Made by a program: the position numbers and the translations under genes. Source: Terriglobia bacterium (GTDB taxonomy: Bacteria; Acidobacteriota; Terriglobia; JAJPHL01; JAPKYU01). Taken from it: DNA of 64,000 nt. Positions 10,552-21,368 of the stretch are shown piece after piece. Positions within the stretch are counted from its first letter, which is position 1, and each line of letters begins with the position of its first letter. The stretch spans positions 1,760,001 through 1,824,000 of the forward strand of contig CBDBKE010000004.1 of NCBI GenBank assembly GCA_965206645.1. The letters run 5' to 3'. A model generated the notes under the pieces. That model had not been told where the DNA came from, did no database searches, and worked only from the letters and a program-made list of their open reading frames with translations.

Positions 10552-13500
10552 TGCGGACAGCCACCCTCCTCAAGCGTAGTCTTACCCACTGCTGGCGCAC
10601 CAACCTGGCGGTTGTGGCGGGAGTGTCCATTGGTGTGGCAGTGCTGGCTGGCGCCTTGCTGGTAGGAGATTCCGTCGGTGCCAGTTTGCGAGACTTGTTC
10701 CTGCTGCGGCTGGGAAGGGTGGACCACGCCATTTCTTCCTCCGGCTTCTTCCGCGAAAAGTTGGCCGTCGATCTGCAACTGCGTAGCAGGTTCTCGGAGG
10801 CCTTCCGGGCGGCATGCCCGCTGATTATGCTGGAAGGACTCGTTAGGCACCAGGAAAGTGGTCGCCGCGGCTCTGGCGTCCGGGTGTACGGTGTGGATGA
10901 ACGTTTTTGGAAGTTTCATGGAGATCCAGGAGCGCGACGCTTCGGCAACGGCGAGGTCTTCCTTAGCAGCACGCTGGGGCAGGAACTGGGAAGCGAGACC
11001 GGCGATTTCATTCTGGTCACAATCCAAAAGCCCGAGGCCGTTCCCGCCGAGTGGCTGCACGGCCGAAAAGGTAGCATCGGCAGTACCATCCGATTGAACC
11101 TTCGCGGGATACTTCCTGCCTCAGCCCTTGGGGAGTTTTCTATCCATCCTCAGCAGGGCCAGGTTCGCGCCGTCTTTGTCCCGTTGCGGCGGTTGCAGCA
11201 GGAGCTGGGGTTGGAAGGCAAGGTCAATACCATTCTGGTGTCGGAGAGGGATCCGAGGACGGATGCAGCCAGCGCAGCCAGGCTGGAGCTACTCGGAAAA
11301 CTTTTGAAAGACACGTTCACGCTGGAAGACCTGGGGATCCAGCTCAGCGTGCTGGAAAAGCGCCGTTCCCTGGTGCTGGAAAGCGACGGCGGACTGGTCG
11401 GCGATCCTCTGGCTCAAGCGGCCCGCGCGACAGCCAACCGCCTGCGCCTGCACAGCTCGGCTATTTTCACGTATCTGGCGAACAGTATCCGTTCCGGTTC
11501 GCGCGAAATCCCTTATTCACTAGTGACCGCAATAGATCGCAAAGGCTACGAGCAACTGCAACGCGGGGCAACACGGAAAGCGCCGCAACCATCCCCTTCC
11601 GCGTCGTTGCCGGCCCCTTCCGCGTCGTTGCCAACGATCGTGCTGAACGATTGGTCAGCGCGCGACCTGGCTGCTCGAGTCGGCCAAATTGTCTCGCTGG
11701 AATACTACGTTTGGGAAGAACAGGGGCGCCTCCTGACCCGCAGGGCGCAATTTCAACTTACTGGCATAGTTCCCATCGAAGGGGCCGCGGGTGACCCGGA
11801 TTTGGCTCCACAATATCCCGGAATTACAGACTCGGACAACCTGGGGGATTGGGCCCCCCCGTTCCCCATCGACTTGGGTCGTATCCGGCACCAGGACGAG
11901 CAGTATTGGGACCAATACGGAACTACGCCGAAAGCTTTTGTCCGGCTGGAAACGGGACAGGAGCTCTGGCAGTCGCGCTTCGGAAAGCTAACCTCGCTGC
12001 GCCTATTTGTTGAGGAGCCAGCAGTCCCGCCGACCACGGGTTCCGGCTCCGACCAGCTACAGGCAGCGCTGAAGTCCTACCGAAAGAGCCTGAAGACCGC
12101 GCTAGACCCCGTCCAGATGGGCTTCTCCATTTCCGCAGTGAGAGTTCAGGGGCTCCAGGCATCTCGAGGAGCTACCGATTTTGGAGAATATTTTCTTTAT
12201 TTCAGCTTTTTCCTGGTGATTTCCGCGCTGCTGCTTACAGGACTCTTCTTCAAATTAGGAGTGGAACAGCGTCTGGCGGAGATCGGCATTCTTCGAGCTA
12301 TTGGTTTCCCCAGTGCCAAAATTCGGGCTCTCTTTTTGAAAGAAGGTCTCACCCTGGCGACGGCCGGCAGTTTGCTGGGCCTGGTCGGCGCCCTCGCCTA
12401 CGGCTGGCTCATCATGCACGGGTTACGTACCTGGTGGGCAGCTGCGGTAGGCACCAGACTCCTGACCTTGCATATTTCTTTTACCTCGCTGGTCCTGGGC
12501 GGGGTGGGCGGCATTCTGATGGCCATCATTTCCATCGCCTGGACTCTGCGGGGCCTTCGGCCAACGACACCCCGCGGCCTGCTGAGTGGCACGGTCGAAA
12601 GTGCTCGCCAGTCTGCTTCGAAAAGCCAGAGGGCATTCTGGCTAGGTGCCGCATTCAGCCTGCTCGGTTGCGTACTTCTAGTGAGCGCGTCCAGACAATG
12701 GATTGAGCAAGTGGCCGGCTTTTTTGGCGCCGGCATTGTTCTGTTGTTGGCCCTCCTTTCTTATCAATGGGGCTGGCTTGTGAAGGGTCGAAGGTCACTT
12801 CTTAGCGGAAGTGGAGTGCAGGGCATGTCGCGGCTAGGGTTCCGCAACACAACCCATCGCCCGGGACGGAGTATCCTCTCGATCGCCCTCATTGCCTCGG
12901 CCACATTCATCATCGTTGCCGTAGGGGCCTTCCGGCCGAGCGAGCCGGCCGCTCTTGACCCAAAGTCAGGCACGGGCGGCTTTCCGCTCCTGGCAGAATC
13001 GCTCCTTCCGGTCCACTACGACTTGAACACAGATTCCGGCAAGGAAGGCCTGAATCTGTCGGTGAGCGAAACCTCGGCGCTCGAAAAGGTGACGTTCGTG
13101 CCGTTTCGGCTGAAACCCGGAGACGATGCCAGCTGCCTGAATCTGTACCGGCCTCAGAATCCGCGAATCTTGGCCGCCTCCAGCGCCTTCATCAGGAATG
13201 GTCGTTTCTCTTTTCAGAAGTCTCTGGCCAGCACTCCTGAGGAAAAGGAAAATCCCTGGCTGCTTCTCGAGACGGAGCAAGCCGACGGAGCAATCCCCGC
13301 CATCGCCGACTTCAACTCAATGGAGTACGTTCTCCATCTCAAGCTGGGCGACGAATTTCTCTTCGAGCGGGAGACGGACCGCCCGGTCCGAATGCGCATG
13401 GTTGGCGCGCTGGCAGACAGCGTTTTTCAAAGGGAACTTCTGATTTCGGAAAAGCATTTCCTGCGCCTTTTCCCGGACCAGCAGGGATCCCGCTTCTTCC

Positions 13501-14006
13501 TGCTCGACATGCCTTCTCACCAGGTCGAGCCGTTGACCGGGGTGCTGGAGGAAGGCCTGGCTGATTACGGGTTTGATGTCGTTTCAACCGAAGGTTTGCT
13601 GGCTGCTTTCCATCGCGTCGAGAACACTTACATTTCCACGTTCCAGACCCTGGGGGGCTTAGGTCTGCTGCTGGGAACGCTCGGGCTGGCCGTGGTTTTG
13701 TTGCGCAACGTTCTGGAAAGGCGACGGGAACTGGCGCTTTTGCGGGCCCTCGGGTTCCGCTCGGCGGATCTGGGTTTGATCGTGATCGCAGAGAATGCGC
13801 TGCTGCTCTTCGGCGGATTGGTGACCGGCGCAGTCTCCGCATTGCTGGCTATCGTGCCGCCATTCTTTATCCGCGGCAGTCAGTTTCCTGCCCTGTCGCT
13901 GTGCTTGACGCTGCTCGCCGTGCTTGTGACTGGGGTGGCGGCATCCGTGCTGGCAACGATGGCCGCGATACGTTCTCCCCTGTTGCCCGCCTTGCGCGCA
14001 GAGTAG
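10551..14006 (+). CDS. Large FtsX/MacB-type ABC permease with two fused halves
   Basis: Two FtsX-like motifs (EQRLAEIGILRAIGF; ERRRELALLRALGF), about 10 TM segments and two large extracytoplasmic domains; TAATG overlap with the ATPase gene. Confidence 0.92.
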   Translation: MRTATLLKRSLTHCWRTNLAVVAGVSIGVAVLAGALLVGDSVGASLRDLFLLRLGRVDHAISSSGFFREKLAVDLQLRSRFSEAFRAACPLIMLEGLVRHQESGRRGSGVRVYGVDERFWKFHGDPGARRFGNGEVFLSSTLGQELGSETGDFILVTIQKPEAVPAEWLHGRKGSIGSTIRLNLRGILPASALGEFSIHPQQGQVRAVFVPLRRLQQELGLEGKVNTILVSERDPRTDAASAARLELLGKLLKDTFTLEDLGIQLSVLEKRRSLVLESDGGLVGDPLAQAARATANRLRLHSSAIFTYLANSIRSGSREIPYSLVTAIDRKGYEQLQRGATRKAPQPSPSASLPAPSASLPTIVLNDWSARDLAARVGQIVSLEYYVWEEQGRLLTRRAQFQLTGIVPIEGAAGDPDLAPQYPGITDSDNLGDWAPPFPIDLGRIRHQDEQYWDQYGTTPKAFVRLETGQELWQSRFGKLTSLRLFVEEPAVPPTTGSGSDQLQAALKSYRKSLKTALDPVQMGFSISAVRVQGLQASRGATDFGEYFLYFSFFLVISALLLTGLFFKLGVEQRLAEIGILRAIGFPSAKIRALFLKEGLTLATAGSLLGLVGALAYGWLIMHGLRTWWAAAVGTRLLTLHISFTSLVLGGVGGILMAIISIAWTLRGLRPTTPRGLLSGTVESARQSASKSQRAFWLGAAFSLLGCVLLVSASRQWIEQVAGFFGAGIVLLLALLSYQWGWLVKGRRSLLSGSGVQGMSRLGFRNTTHRPGRSILSIALIASATFIIVAVGAFRPSEPAALDPKSGTGGFPLLAESLLPVHYDLNTDSGKEGLNLSVSETSALEKVTFVPFRLKPGDDASCLNLYRPQNPRILAASSAFIRNGRFSFQKSLASTPEEKENPWLLLETEQADGAIPAIADFNSMEYVLHLKLGDEFLFERETDRPVRMRMVGALADSVFQRELLISEKHFLRLFPDQQGSRFFLLDMPSHQVEPLTGVLEEGLADYGFDVVSTEGLLAAFHRVENTYISTFQTLGGLGLLLGTLGLAVVLLRNVLERRRELALLRALGFRSADLGLIVIAENALLLFGGLVTGAVSALLAIVPPFFIRGSQFPALSLCLTLLAVLVTGVAASVLATMAAIRSPLLPALRAE

Positions 14007-14064
14007 TGAGTAGCCTGCTCAGAGACGAATTGGGAGTTCTTGTTTTTCCTCAAGCAACACAAGT

Positions 14065-15406
14065 ATGCTTGCCCTTGTGGAGCCGGTCAGCCGAAAAGGA
14101 AGACAATTTCCCGCCACAAGAAAACGACTACGCAATAGGAGTCTTTTTTTCTGCTCCTGTTTGGTTTTTCGACCGTCGTCCTCGCCGAGAATTGGCCGCA
14201 ATGGCGGGGCCCGCATCTAAATGGAGTGAGCGGGGAGAAGAACCTACCCGTCCGCTCTGGAGTACCGAGAAAAACATAGCGTGGAAGCTTGCGATGCCCA
14301 GTTGGAGCGCCTCCACTCCGATTATTTGGGGTGACTACGTCTTCCTCAACGTAGCAGATGGAAGCGATCTCTATCTGTGGTGTGTGGACAGAAGAAAGGG
14401 CGCGCCCATCTGGAAAAGACACCTGGGAGGCGGCAACGTCAAGACGCGGAAGCAAAATATGTCGTCTCCGTCCCCGGTCACCGATGGAAAGAACGTGTAT
14501 GTCATGAGCGGCACCGAGATTCTCAAGGGGTTTACCTTTGCTGGCAACCAACTGTGGGCGCGCGATATCCAGAAGGATTACGGCCGCTTCGGCTTGGCGC
14601 ATGGGTATGCCTCCTCGCCGCTCTTGTTTGGGGATTCTCTTTACATTCAGGTCCTGCACGGAATGAAGACCGACGATCCTTCCTACGTGCTTCGTATCGA
14701 TAGAAAGACCGGAAAGACAATATGGAGAGTGGAGCGCCCCACGCAGGCGATTCGAGAATCTCCAGATTCCTACTCGACGCCGACCCCTCTGCGCTACGGC
14801 AATCGGACGGAAATTGTGGTCTCCGGCGGCGATTGCGTCACCGGGCACGACCCGGCCACTGGAAAGGAGCTATGGCGGGGCAACGGCCTGAATCCGGACA
14901 AGGAGCCATGGTACCGCATCGTCGCTTCTCCGGTCGTGGCCGAGGGCATTGTCTACGTGCCGACCCGCGTGCGTCCTTTGCTCGCCTTTCGGGCCGGTGG
15001 GCGCGGCGATATTACCAACTCGCACCGAATCTGGTCCTTTGAAAAGGGGCCGGATGTGCCGACTCCGATCACCGACGGCAAGTACTTCTACATCGTTAAT
15101 GATCGCGGATTGATGTGGTGCCTGGATGCCAAGACCGGCCGAAAAATGTGGGAGCCAGAGCGCATCCAACCGGGAACCTATAGCTCCTCTCCCGTACTCG
15201 GTGATGGAAAGATTTATGCGACGAACGAGGATGGGCTAACGACTGTGGTCCGGGCAGGTCGCCAATTTGCGGTTCTCGCAGAAAACCACTTCAACGAGTA
15301 TTGTCTGAGTTCCCCGGCAATCTCGGACGGCCAGGTCTTCCTCCGCACCGCCCAGTATCTTTACTGCGTCGGAAGACGCGCCTCGGGCAACGCTGCTCGT
15401 CAGTAG
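14065..15406 (+). pseudogene. PQQ-like beta-propeller protein with frameshifted 5' end
   Basis: Propeller body (from 14258, [10 protein letters not shown]...) lies in ORF 13901..15406. The signal peptide and ENWPQWRGP motif (14151-14255) are in another frame. True start uncertain. Confidence 0.75.
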
Positions 15407-15446
15407 CTGGGGCCACCCAGGTCAATCCGCACCCTTCCGCTGGGGC

Positions 15447-18400
15447 TCAAAAGGAAATGCGCAGTCCCAATTGAATCTGCCGCGGATCGGTAACAGTCGG
15501 ACGTTCGCCACCTATGAAGCCAAACGAGGGAGAAAAAGCCACCAGACTGATGGGAGTGCCCAGGTTTACGCGGTTAAACAGATTGAAGAACTCAACCCGG
15601 AACTGGACTCTGCCGCTCTCACCCAGCCTAGACCACCGCACGTTCTTCACCAGCGCCAGGTCGAAGGTACGCAGGTTGGGACCGATCAGGGCGCCGCGGC
15701 CCAGGTTGCCCAATGTCCCGGCTGGCTGGAGAACAAAGGCGGTGGGGTCGAAATAGCCGTCCGGGTGGCCGAGGACCGCATCTTGATGGGTACGCCCTGG
15801 CGCCATGCTCGGACGGTCAAACCCCAGCCCCGGTGCCAGCGAAGGTGACCAGAGCGATCGGGAGGGGTTCCCTTGGACAAATACAGTCAGAGGGTTCCCG
15901 CTGCGCATATGGCCGATTCCTGCCAGCTCCCATCCCTCCAGGATCCTGCCCACACCACCTAGCTTCGGACCGGGGAGATTCCAGGTGAAATTCAACACCC
16001 AATTGTGCTTGACATGGAAATCGGCCAGGCCCTTGTTGTAATTCAACCCCGGAAACTCAGGAAAAGCCGAAGTCGTTCCATTCGTGGCGTCAGAGAAGAA
16101 CGTGGATGCTTGGGTGGTGTCAATGTTGCGCGAGAAAGTATAGGAGGATTGGAAACTCAAAGTTTTGCTCCACCGGCGCCTCACTTCTACAAGCAGCGCG
16201 TTATACCAGGAATTGCCATCGCTCCGCTTCAACTCGATTGTGGAGAAGGCTGAATTCGGACGTTCGCCGTCTTCGGGGAAAAATAGGGTTCCGTCGGCAA
16301 GCCTTTCGGGAGTGGCGATATTTACATCGCCGCTCCGCAACAGATGAATTCCGCGGGAACCAGCATACCCCACCGTTAGCACAGTATTCGCGCCGAGCTG
16401 CCGCTGCAGGCTTAGGTTCCACACATGCACGTTGGGATTCTTCAGCTTCCATTCGATTGGGCGGATGGAGTCCGACCCTGTCCGGTCGAAGGAAGGCACA
16501 GGAAATGTGGGCCTAAGAGGTGCGGGGATAACGACTCGGCGGGTCGCAGGCGGGTTTGTGACTGTGATGATGAGGTTCTGCTGGTTGTTTGTGTTGAAGA
16601 AAATTCCATAGCCGCTTCGCAGTGACGTTTTGCCGTCCCCAAAAACGTCCCATGCGAGTCCGACCCGGGGCGATAGGTTCCTCAACGTAGGGTTCTGGTA
16701 GAGCTGTCCAGCTGTGGGAGAGGTGTCACTTAACTGGAGTAACGTGGAGTCGCGCCCCTGGATATCGCGGGGGAGCGTGGCGAACTCATATCGAAGGCCA
16801 AGATTGAGCGTCAGCCGCCGAGCAACTCTTACGTCATCTTGCGCATAAAAACCGAATAGCGTGAAACGCCAATATCGGTCCAAGGCGCCGCCCGGAGCCA
16901 ACCCCAAGAAGAGCGCCGGCTGATTATTCAGGAAAGCCGGGAGATTAGCAAATCTGAAAATGCCCAGGGAAAAGGTGGGATTGAACATGTTGTCCTGATA
17001 GCGTTCGGCTAGCGCACCCAGCTTCAATAGATGGCGGCCGTGGCTGTGGACCAGACCGTATTCAAAGCCAAACACATTTTGGACCAGCGACACATTTACC
17101 GAAGTTTGCGGTCCAAACCTCGACACGCCCACGATCCTGATCTCTCCAACTTTATCCTGCCCGGGCACAAAGGGCTGTACCGACGCCGGGACATTTGCCT
17201 CGACATCCTGCCCAATGCAAGTTCGGCTAAAGCTCACCCGAAAGGTATTCAATGTTGTCGGCGAAAGAATCTTCTGGTACTCCGCAGTCACGAATTGATT
17301 GCGCGATAGAAAGGCCTTGGGAAATTGGGGAAGGTCTGTAGGAAGCTGCTGGTCGGCGTCGTCGTAGGTGTACCGGGCAAAGAACCGATCGGTTGTCCCT
17401 ATGTTGCGATCGACTCGCACCTGCAAGAAATCCTGATCAATTTGTTCGTTGAAACCGAATCGATGAACCGCAAGACCACCAGACAGGTTCTCTCCGTTGG
17501 GCAACGGAAACTCGTCCAGGTAGGGCCTGACAGCGTCATTAATGCCGATGTTCTCGCCATTGATGATCCCTCGGTGCGCTTCCTCGTCAGGGACGATTGC
17601 GGTGATGGTGCGGCCCTTGCGTTCCCTCAGGCCCTCGTAGCCGAAGAAGAAAAACGTCCCGTCTTTGCTTAGCGGACCGCCCAGGCTCACCCCGAACTGA
17701 TTCCGTTTAAGCTCAGGTTTTGAAATGTCGCGGAAACCCCTCGCGTCCAGGTTATCGTTGCGGTGAAAGTGGTACAGGCTCCCGTGAAAATCATTGGTCC
17801 CCGATTTGGTGAGTACGTTGATTTGGCCCCCAGAATTTCGACCGAACTCAGCGCTGTACGCGTTGGCTTCAATACGAAATTCCCGAATGGTTTCTACCCC
17901 AAGAGCGGTGCCTGCTGCGCTGCCAGCCGGCCCGTTGGTAAAATCATTTTGTGGCGTACCGTCCAGCAGGTAGACATTGGACCTCGGATCCCGCCCATTG
18001 ATGCTGGCAGCCAAACCGTGAGCAACAATCGAGCCTCCCGCCCGATGAGGAAAAGCAACCACACCTGGCTGAAGTAAGGCCAGATCGGTATAATTTCTGC
18101 CATTTAACGGCAGTTCTCGGATGGCGTTTTCGCTGACCAGGTAGCTCAGCTCGGCAGATCGGCTATTCACCAATGAGGTTTCGGCAACCACGGTGATCTC
18201 CTGATCGAGTCTCCCTATCTGCATGATCAGGTTTACCCCGGCGGTCTCCCCCACCGTCAGATGCACTCCTTTGTGAACTAACCGCCGAAACCCGGCTAGC
18301 TCCCCACGTATTTCATATGCCCCGACTGGCATTGCCGCAAACACAAAGCTTCCGTCCGCTTGACTGACCGTCGAGCGGGTGAGGCCTGTGTCCACATGCC

Positions 18401-18620
18401 GCGCTGTCAACCGCACCGCCGGCAGGACACCGCCCGTCTTGTCCCGGACCGAACCTACGATTGTGCCAGTGGTTTGTGCTCCCAGAAGTCGAACCGAGAC
18501 CAGGACTAGGCAGGCGACCAAGACCACTTTCGATCGGGCGCTCTGCCCCCAACGCAAGACTCGGGAGGAGGTAAATCGTGTGGCCCTCTCTGGACCCATT
18601 AGGAGTTCTCCGCTGGTCAT
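15447..18620 (-). CDS. TonB-dependent receptor, Oar-like
   Basis: LPLNGRNYTDLALL, KSGTNDFHGS, RNQFGVSLGG and C-terminal PRQIQLGLRISF; the true start may be a later ATG/GTG. Confidence 0.92.
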   Translation of the reverse strand: MTSGELLMGPERATRFTSSRVLRWGQSARSKVVLVACLVLVSVRLLGAQTTGTIVGSVRDKTGGVLPAVRLTARHVDTGLTRSTVSQADGSFVFAAMPVGAYEIRGELAGFRRLVHKGVHLTVGETAGVNLIMQIGRLDQEITVVAETSLVNSRSAELSYLVSENAIRELPLNGRNYTDLALLQPGVVAFPHRAGGSIVAHGLAASINGRDPRSNVYLLDGTPQNDFTNGPAGSAAGTALGVETIREFRIEANAYSAEFGRNSGGQINVLTKSGTNDFHGSLYHFHRNDNLDARGFRDISKPELKRNQFGVSLGGPLSKDGTFFFFGYEGLRERKGRTITAIVPDEEAHRGIINGENIGINDAVRPYLDEFPLPNGENLSGGLAVHRFGFNEQIDQDFLQVRVDRNIGTTDRFFARYTYDDADQQLPTDLPQFPKAFLSRNQFVTAEYQKILSPTTLNTFRVSFSRTCIGQDVEANVPASVQPFVPGQDKVGEIRIVGVSRFGPQTSVNVSLVQNVFGFEYGLVHSHGRHLLKLGALAERYQDNMFNPTFSLGIFRFANLPAFLNNQPALFLGLAPGGALDRYWRFTLFGFYAQDDVRVARRLTLNLGLRYEFATLPRDIQGRDSTLLQLSDTSPTAGQLYQNPTLRNLSPRVGLAWDVFGDGKTSLRSGYGIFFNTNNQQNLIITVTNPPATRRVVIPAPLRPTFPVPSFDRTGSDSIRPIEWKLKNPNVHVWNLSLQRQLGANTVLTVGYAGSRGIHLLRSGDVNIATPERLADGTLFFPEDGERPNSAFSTIELKRSDGNSWYNALLVEVRRRWSKTLSFQSSYTFSRNIDTTQASTFFSDATNGTTSAFPEFPGLNYNKGLADFHVKHNWVLNFTWNLPGPKLGGVGRILEGWELAGIGHMRSGNPLTVFVQGNPSRSLWSPSLAPGLGFDRPSMAPGRTHQDAVLGHPDGYFDPTAFVLQPAGTLGNLGRGALIGPNLRTFDLALVKNVRWSRLGESGRVQFRVEFFNLFNRVNLGTPISLVAFSPSFGFIGGERPTVTDPRQIQLGLRISF

Positions 18621-18744
18621 GCAAGAAATCTTACCAATCGATCATGGACGCTGCAACGGAACATTCCGTAGCCAGTTAGACTCAGACAGCAGCCGAAGCT
18701 TGCTGTCGCGTCCCGAACTTGGGGTACAGTAGAATTCGCCAGTA

Positions 18745-20103
18745 ATGTCGCCAGACCAACGAGCGAGAGAAACTCCGGTCCAGAGCCCTTCCCCGTTGAC
18801 CGCAACCCAATGGATGATTTGCGGAGTCGCGTGCCTGGGCTTTGCCTTCGACATTTACGAACTGTTGATGCTCCCACTCATTGTCCGGCCGGCCCTGATG
18901 GCACTGGTCCAGGCAAAGCCGGGAACGCCCGAATTCAACTATTGGGTTGGATTGCTGTTTTATGTCCCGGCTGTGGCCGGGGGCATCTTCGGCCTGCTGG
19001 GCGGGTATTTGACAGACCGCTTCGGCCGCCGGCGGATCCTGGTTTGGAGCATCTTGCTCTATGCTTTTTCCGCTTTCGCGTCAGGTTACGCCACATCGCT
19101 TCCTGCACTGCTGTTCTTTCGGTGTACAACTTTTATCGGCGTCTGTGTTGAGTTTGTCGCCGCTGTCGCCTGGCTGGCCGAACTGTTTCCCAACCCAAGA
19201 CAACGCGAATCCGTGCTGGGCTATACCCAGGCCTTCTCCTCATTGGGCGGCCTCATGGTCACCGGCGCTTATTACCTGGCCGTAACGTACGCAAACGATC
19301 TGCCATCGATCCGGGGAGGTCACGAGGCCTGGCGCTATACCCTGATGTCAGGAGTGATTCCTGCCATTCCGCTCATCATCATCCGGCCCTTTCTGCCGGA
19401 ATCACCGCTCTGGGAACAAAAGAAATCCAGAGGGGAGCTAAAGCGTCCCAGCTTGGGTGAACTTTTCCAACCCGCGTTTCGAAAAACCACCCTCGTGACC
19501 GCACTGATGGTCGCCTGCAGTTATGGAGCGGCCTTCGGCGCGATTCAGCACGTGCCGCGGATGGTTCCAGGCCTGCCGCAAGTCCAGGACCAACCACGCC
19601 TACAACAACAGCAAACCGTCAGCGCCGTCCAGTTGTATCAGGAAATGGGCGGGCTTACCGGCCGCATTTTTCTGGCTTTTCTGGCCATCCGGATCCTCTC
19701 CCGCCGCAGGCTGCTGCGGATATTCCAGGTTCCCGGCCTCCTGGTGATTCCGCTGGTGTTCTTGTTTCCGGCCACGAGCAGTCTGGAGTTGCTGAAGTGG
19801 GGCATTTTTCTGACAGGACTGTTCACGGTGGCGCAGTTCAGCTTTTGGGGAAACTACTTGCCGCGGGTCTATCCGACACATTTGCGGGGCACCGGCGAAA
19901 GTTTTTCTGCCAACGTCGGCGGACGGATGTTTGGCACATCAGCCGCTCTGCTCACGACCCAATTGGCCAATGTGATGCCGGGGCTTACGCCTTACACCCG
20001 ACTGGCCCACGCCGCTGCGGCCGTTGTCTTCCTGGTGTATCTGGTTGGATTTATCGCCAGCTTCTGGCTCCCGGAGCCACAACAGGAACAGCTGCCCGAA
20101 TGA
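18745..20103 (+). CDS. MFS transporter
   Basis: About 12 TM helices; motif A GYLTDRFGRR; YLPRVYPTHLRGTG. Confidence 0.93.
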   Translation: MSPDQRARETPVQSPSPLTATQWMICGVACLGFAFDIYELLMLPLIVRPALMALVQAKPGTPEFNYWVGLLFYVPAVAGGIFGLLGGYLTDRFGRRRILVWSILLYAFSAFASGYATSLPALLFFRCTTFIGVCVEFVAAVAWLAELFPNPRQRESVLGYTQAFSSLGGLMVTGAYYLAVTYANDLPSIRGGHEAWRYTLMSGVIPAIPLIIIRPFLPESPLWEQKKSRGELKRPSLGELFQPAFRKTTLVTALMVACSYGAAFGAIQHVPRMVPGLPQVQDQPRLQQQQTVSAVQLYQEMGGLTGRIFLAFLAIRILSRRRLLRIFQVPGLLVIPLVFLFPATSSLELLKWGIFLTGLFTVAQFSFWGNYLPRVYPTHLRGTGESFSANVGGRMFGTSAALLTTQLANVMPGLTPYTRLAHAAAAVVFLVYLVGFIASFWLPEPQQEQLPE

Positions 20104-20127
20104 GGCTTGCCTTGGGTCCATGCGCCT

Positions 20128-21264
20128 TCAGCCAAAACAGTAAAGCACGCCGTCCTGGGAGCCAATCACCAGCCGACCCGAGCTGATGGCCGGCGAGGCC
20201 GATAGTGGCGCCCCGGCGTTGAACTCCCACAGTTTCGCGCCCGTTTTTAGGTCCAGCACATACAAGCGTCCGTCGTTCGAACCCACATACACTCGCCCTC
20301 CGGCGATGGCCGGCGAAGACTCGACCCGCCCTCGAGTGGCGAACGTCCAGATCGCTTTCCCCGTCTTTGCGTTGAGGCAATGCACCATTTTGTCGCGGCC
20401 GCCAACGACTACCCTGTCCCCCGCCACTGCGGCCGAGGAGTAAAACGGGAACTGTCGCTGCTGATGCTGATACCGCCAGGCGATGCGCCGCTGGCCGAGG
20501 TTGACGGCCAGCACTTCGTTCCCAAAGGTGCCGAAAAATGCGGTCTGCGCCATCAGAGCGGGCGAGGCCCCCGTGTATCCGCCTGAGGAGACTTGGAACA
20601 TTTCTTTGCCGTCTGAGATGCGCACCCCGCGAAACACCTCATCGCATCCGGAGATGAAGGTCAGGCCGCCCGACGCTGCCGGGGTGCAATGCACCGGCCC
20701 GTTCGTTCTTAACTTCCAGATCAGCTTACCGGTGCGGGCGGAAACACAGTACAAATGCTCGTCATAGGAGCCTACCAGGACCTTCCCGTCAATGATTACT
20801 GGCGACGATTTGATCTCACCATTCGTCTCAAACGTCCATACCCGGCTGCCATCCTTCGCACTGACTGCGTGGAGAGTTCCAGAAAGGTCCCCTACAGTAA
20901 CCAAGCCATTGCGCACACAAGCAGAGGATTCGCCGATGGGCCCGCCCGCGTCATACGCCCACCGTACCTTGCCATTCCGCAGATCCAGAGCAATCAGTTC
21001 TCCGGAGTGGGCGCCTACAAAAACCACTCCGTCCGCGATCGCTGCTGAAGACTCGATGGAACTGCCGGCTTCATAGCTCCACAGAAGATTCAAGGTCTCG
21101 GGGAGCGCGGAGCCAGGGACCCCGGTCAATTCATGATTTCCGCGAAATTGGGGCCAATTCTTGTTCCCAGCACGGTTTCCAGCAGGAGCTGAATCCAGCT
21201 CCTTCCGGTTCGCCTGCGCCAGGATGAACGCGAGAACCAACAGGGAAATCAGAAACTTCCGCAC
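20128..21264 (-). CDS. PQQ-like beta-propeller protein (regular 8-blade, secreted)
   Basis: Signal peptide; NWPQFRG; regular SSPAI/SSAAV..VxVG..DG.LY repeats; GTG start. Confidence 0.9.
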   Translation of the reverse strand: MRKFLISLLVLAFILAQANRKELDSAPAGNRAGNKNWPQFRGNHELTGVPGSALPETLNLLWSYEAGSSIESSAAIADGVVFVGAHSGELIALDLRNGKVRWAYDAGGPIGESSACVRNGLVTVGDLSGTLHAVSAKDGSRVWTFETNGEIKSSPVIIDGKVLVGSYDEHLYCVSARTGKLIWKLRTNGPVHCTPAASGGLTFISGCDEVFRGVRISDGKEMFQVSSGGYTGASPALMAQTAFFGTFGNEVLAVNLGQRRIAWRYQHQQRQFPFYSSAAVAGDRVVVGGRDKMVHCLNAKTGKAIWTFATRGRVESSPAIAGGRVYVGSNDGRLYVLDLKTGAKLWEFNAGAPLSASPAISSGRLVIGSQDGVLYCFG

Positions 21265-21368
21265 TTATAGATCTCCGCGCCTATGGGAAATAGCCTTCCA
21301 CGAAATTGAAGACACACTGTCCGCGCGCGTACTCAAAGAAAAAGACGGAAGCGGCCTCCAGTAAAGGT

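Noticed and set aside
9886-14006. Calling the ABC system lolCDE or macB
   Set aside because: The permease is a far larger fused protein and there is no MacA/TolC partner; only the superfamily is supported.
13901-14130. N-terminal extension of ORF 13901..15406
   Set aside because: Overlaps the permease 3' end and has no signal peptide; the genuine N-terminus is in another frame.
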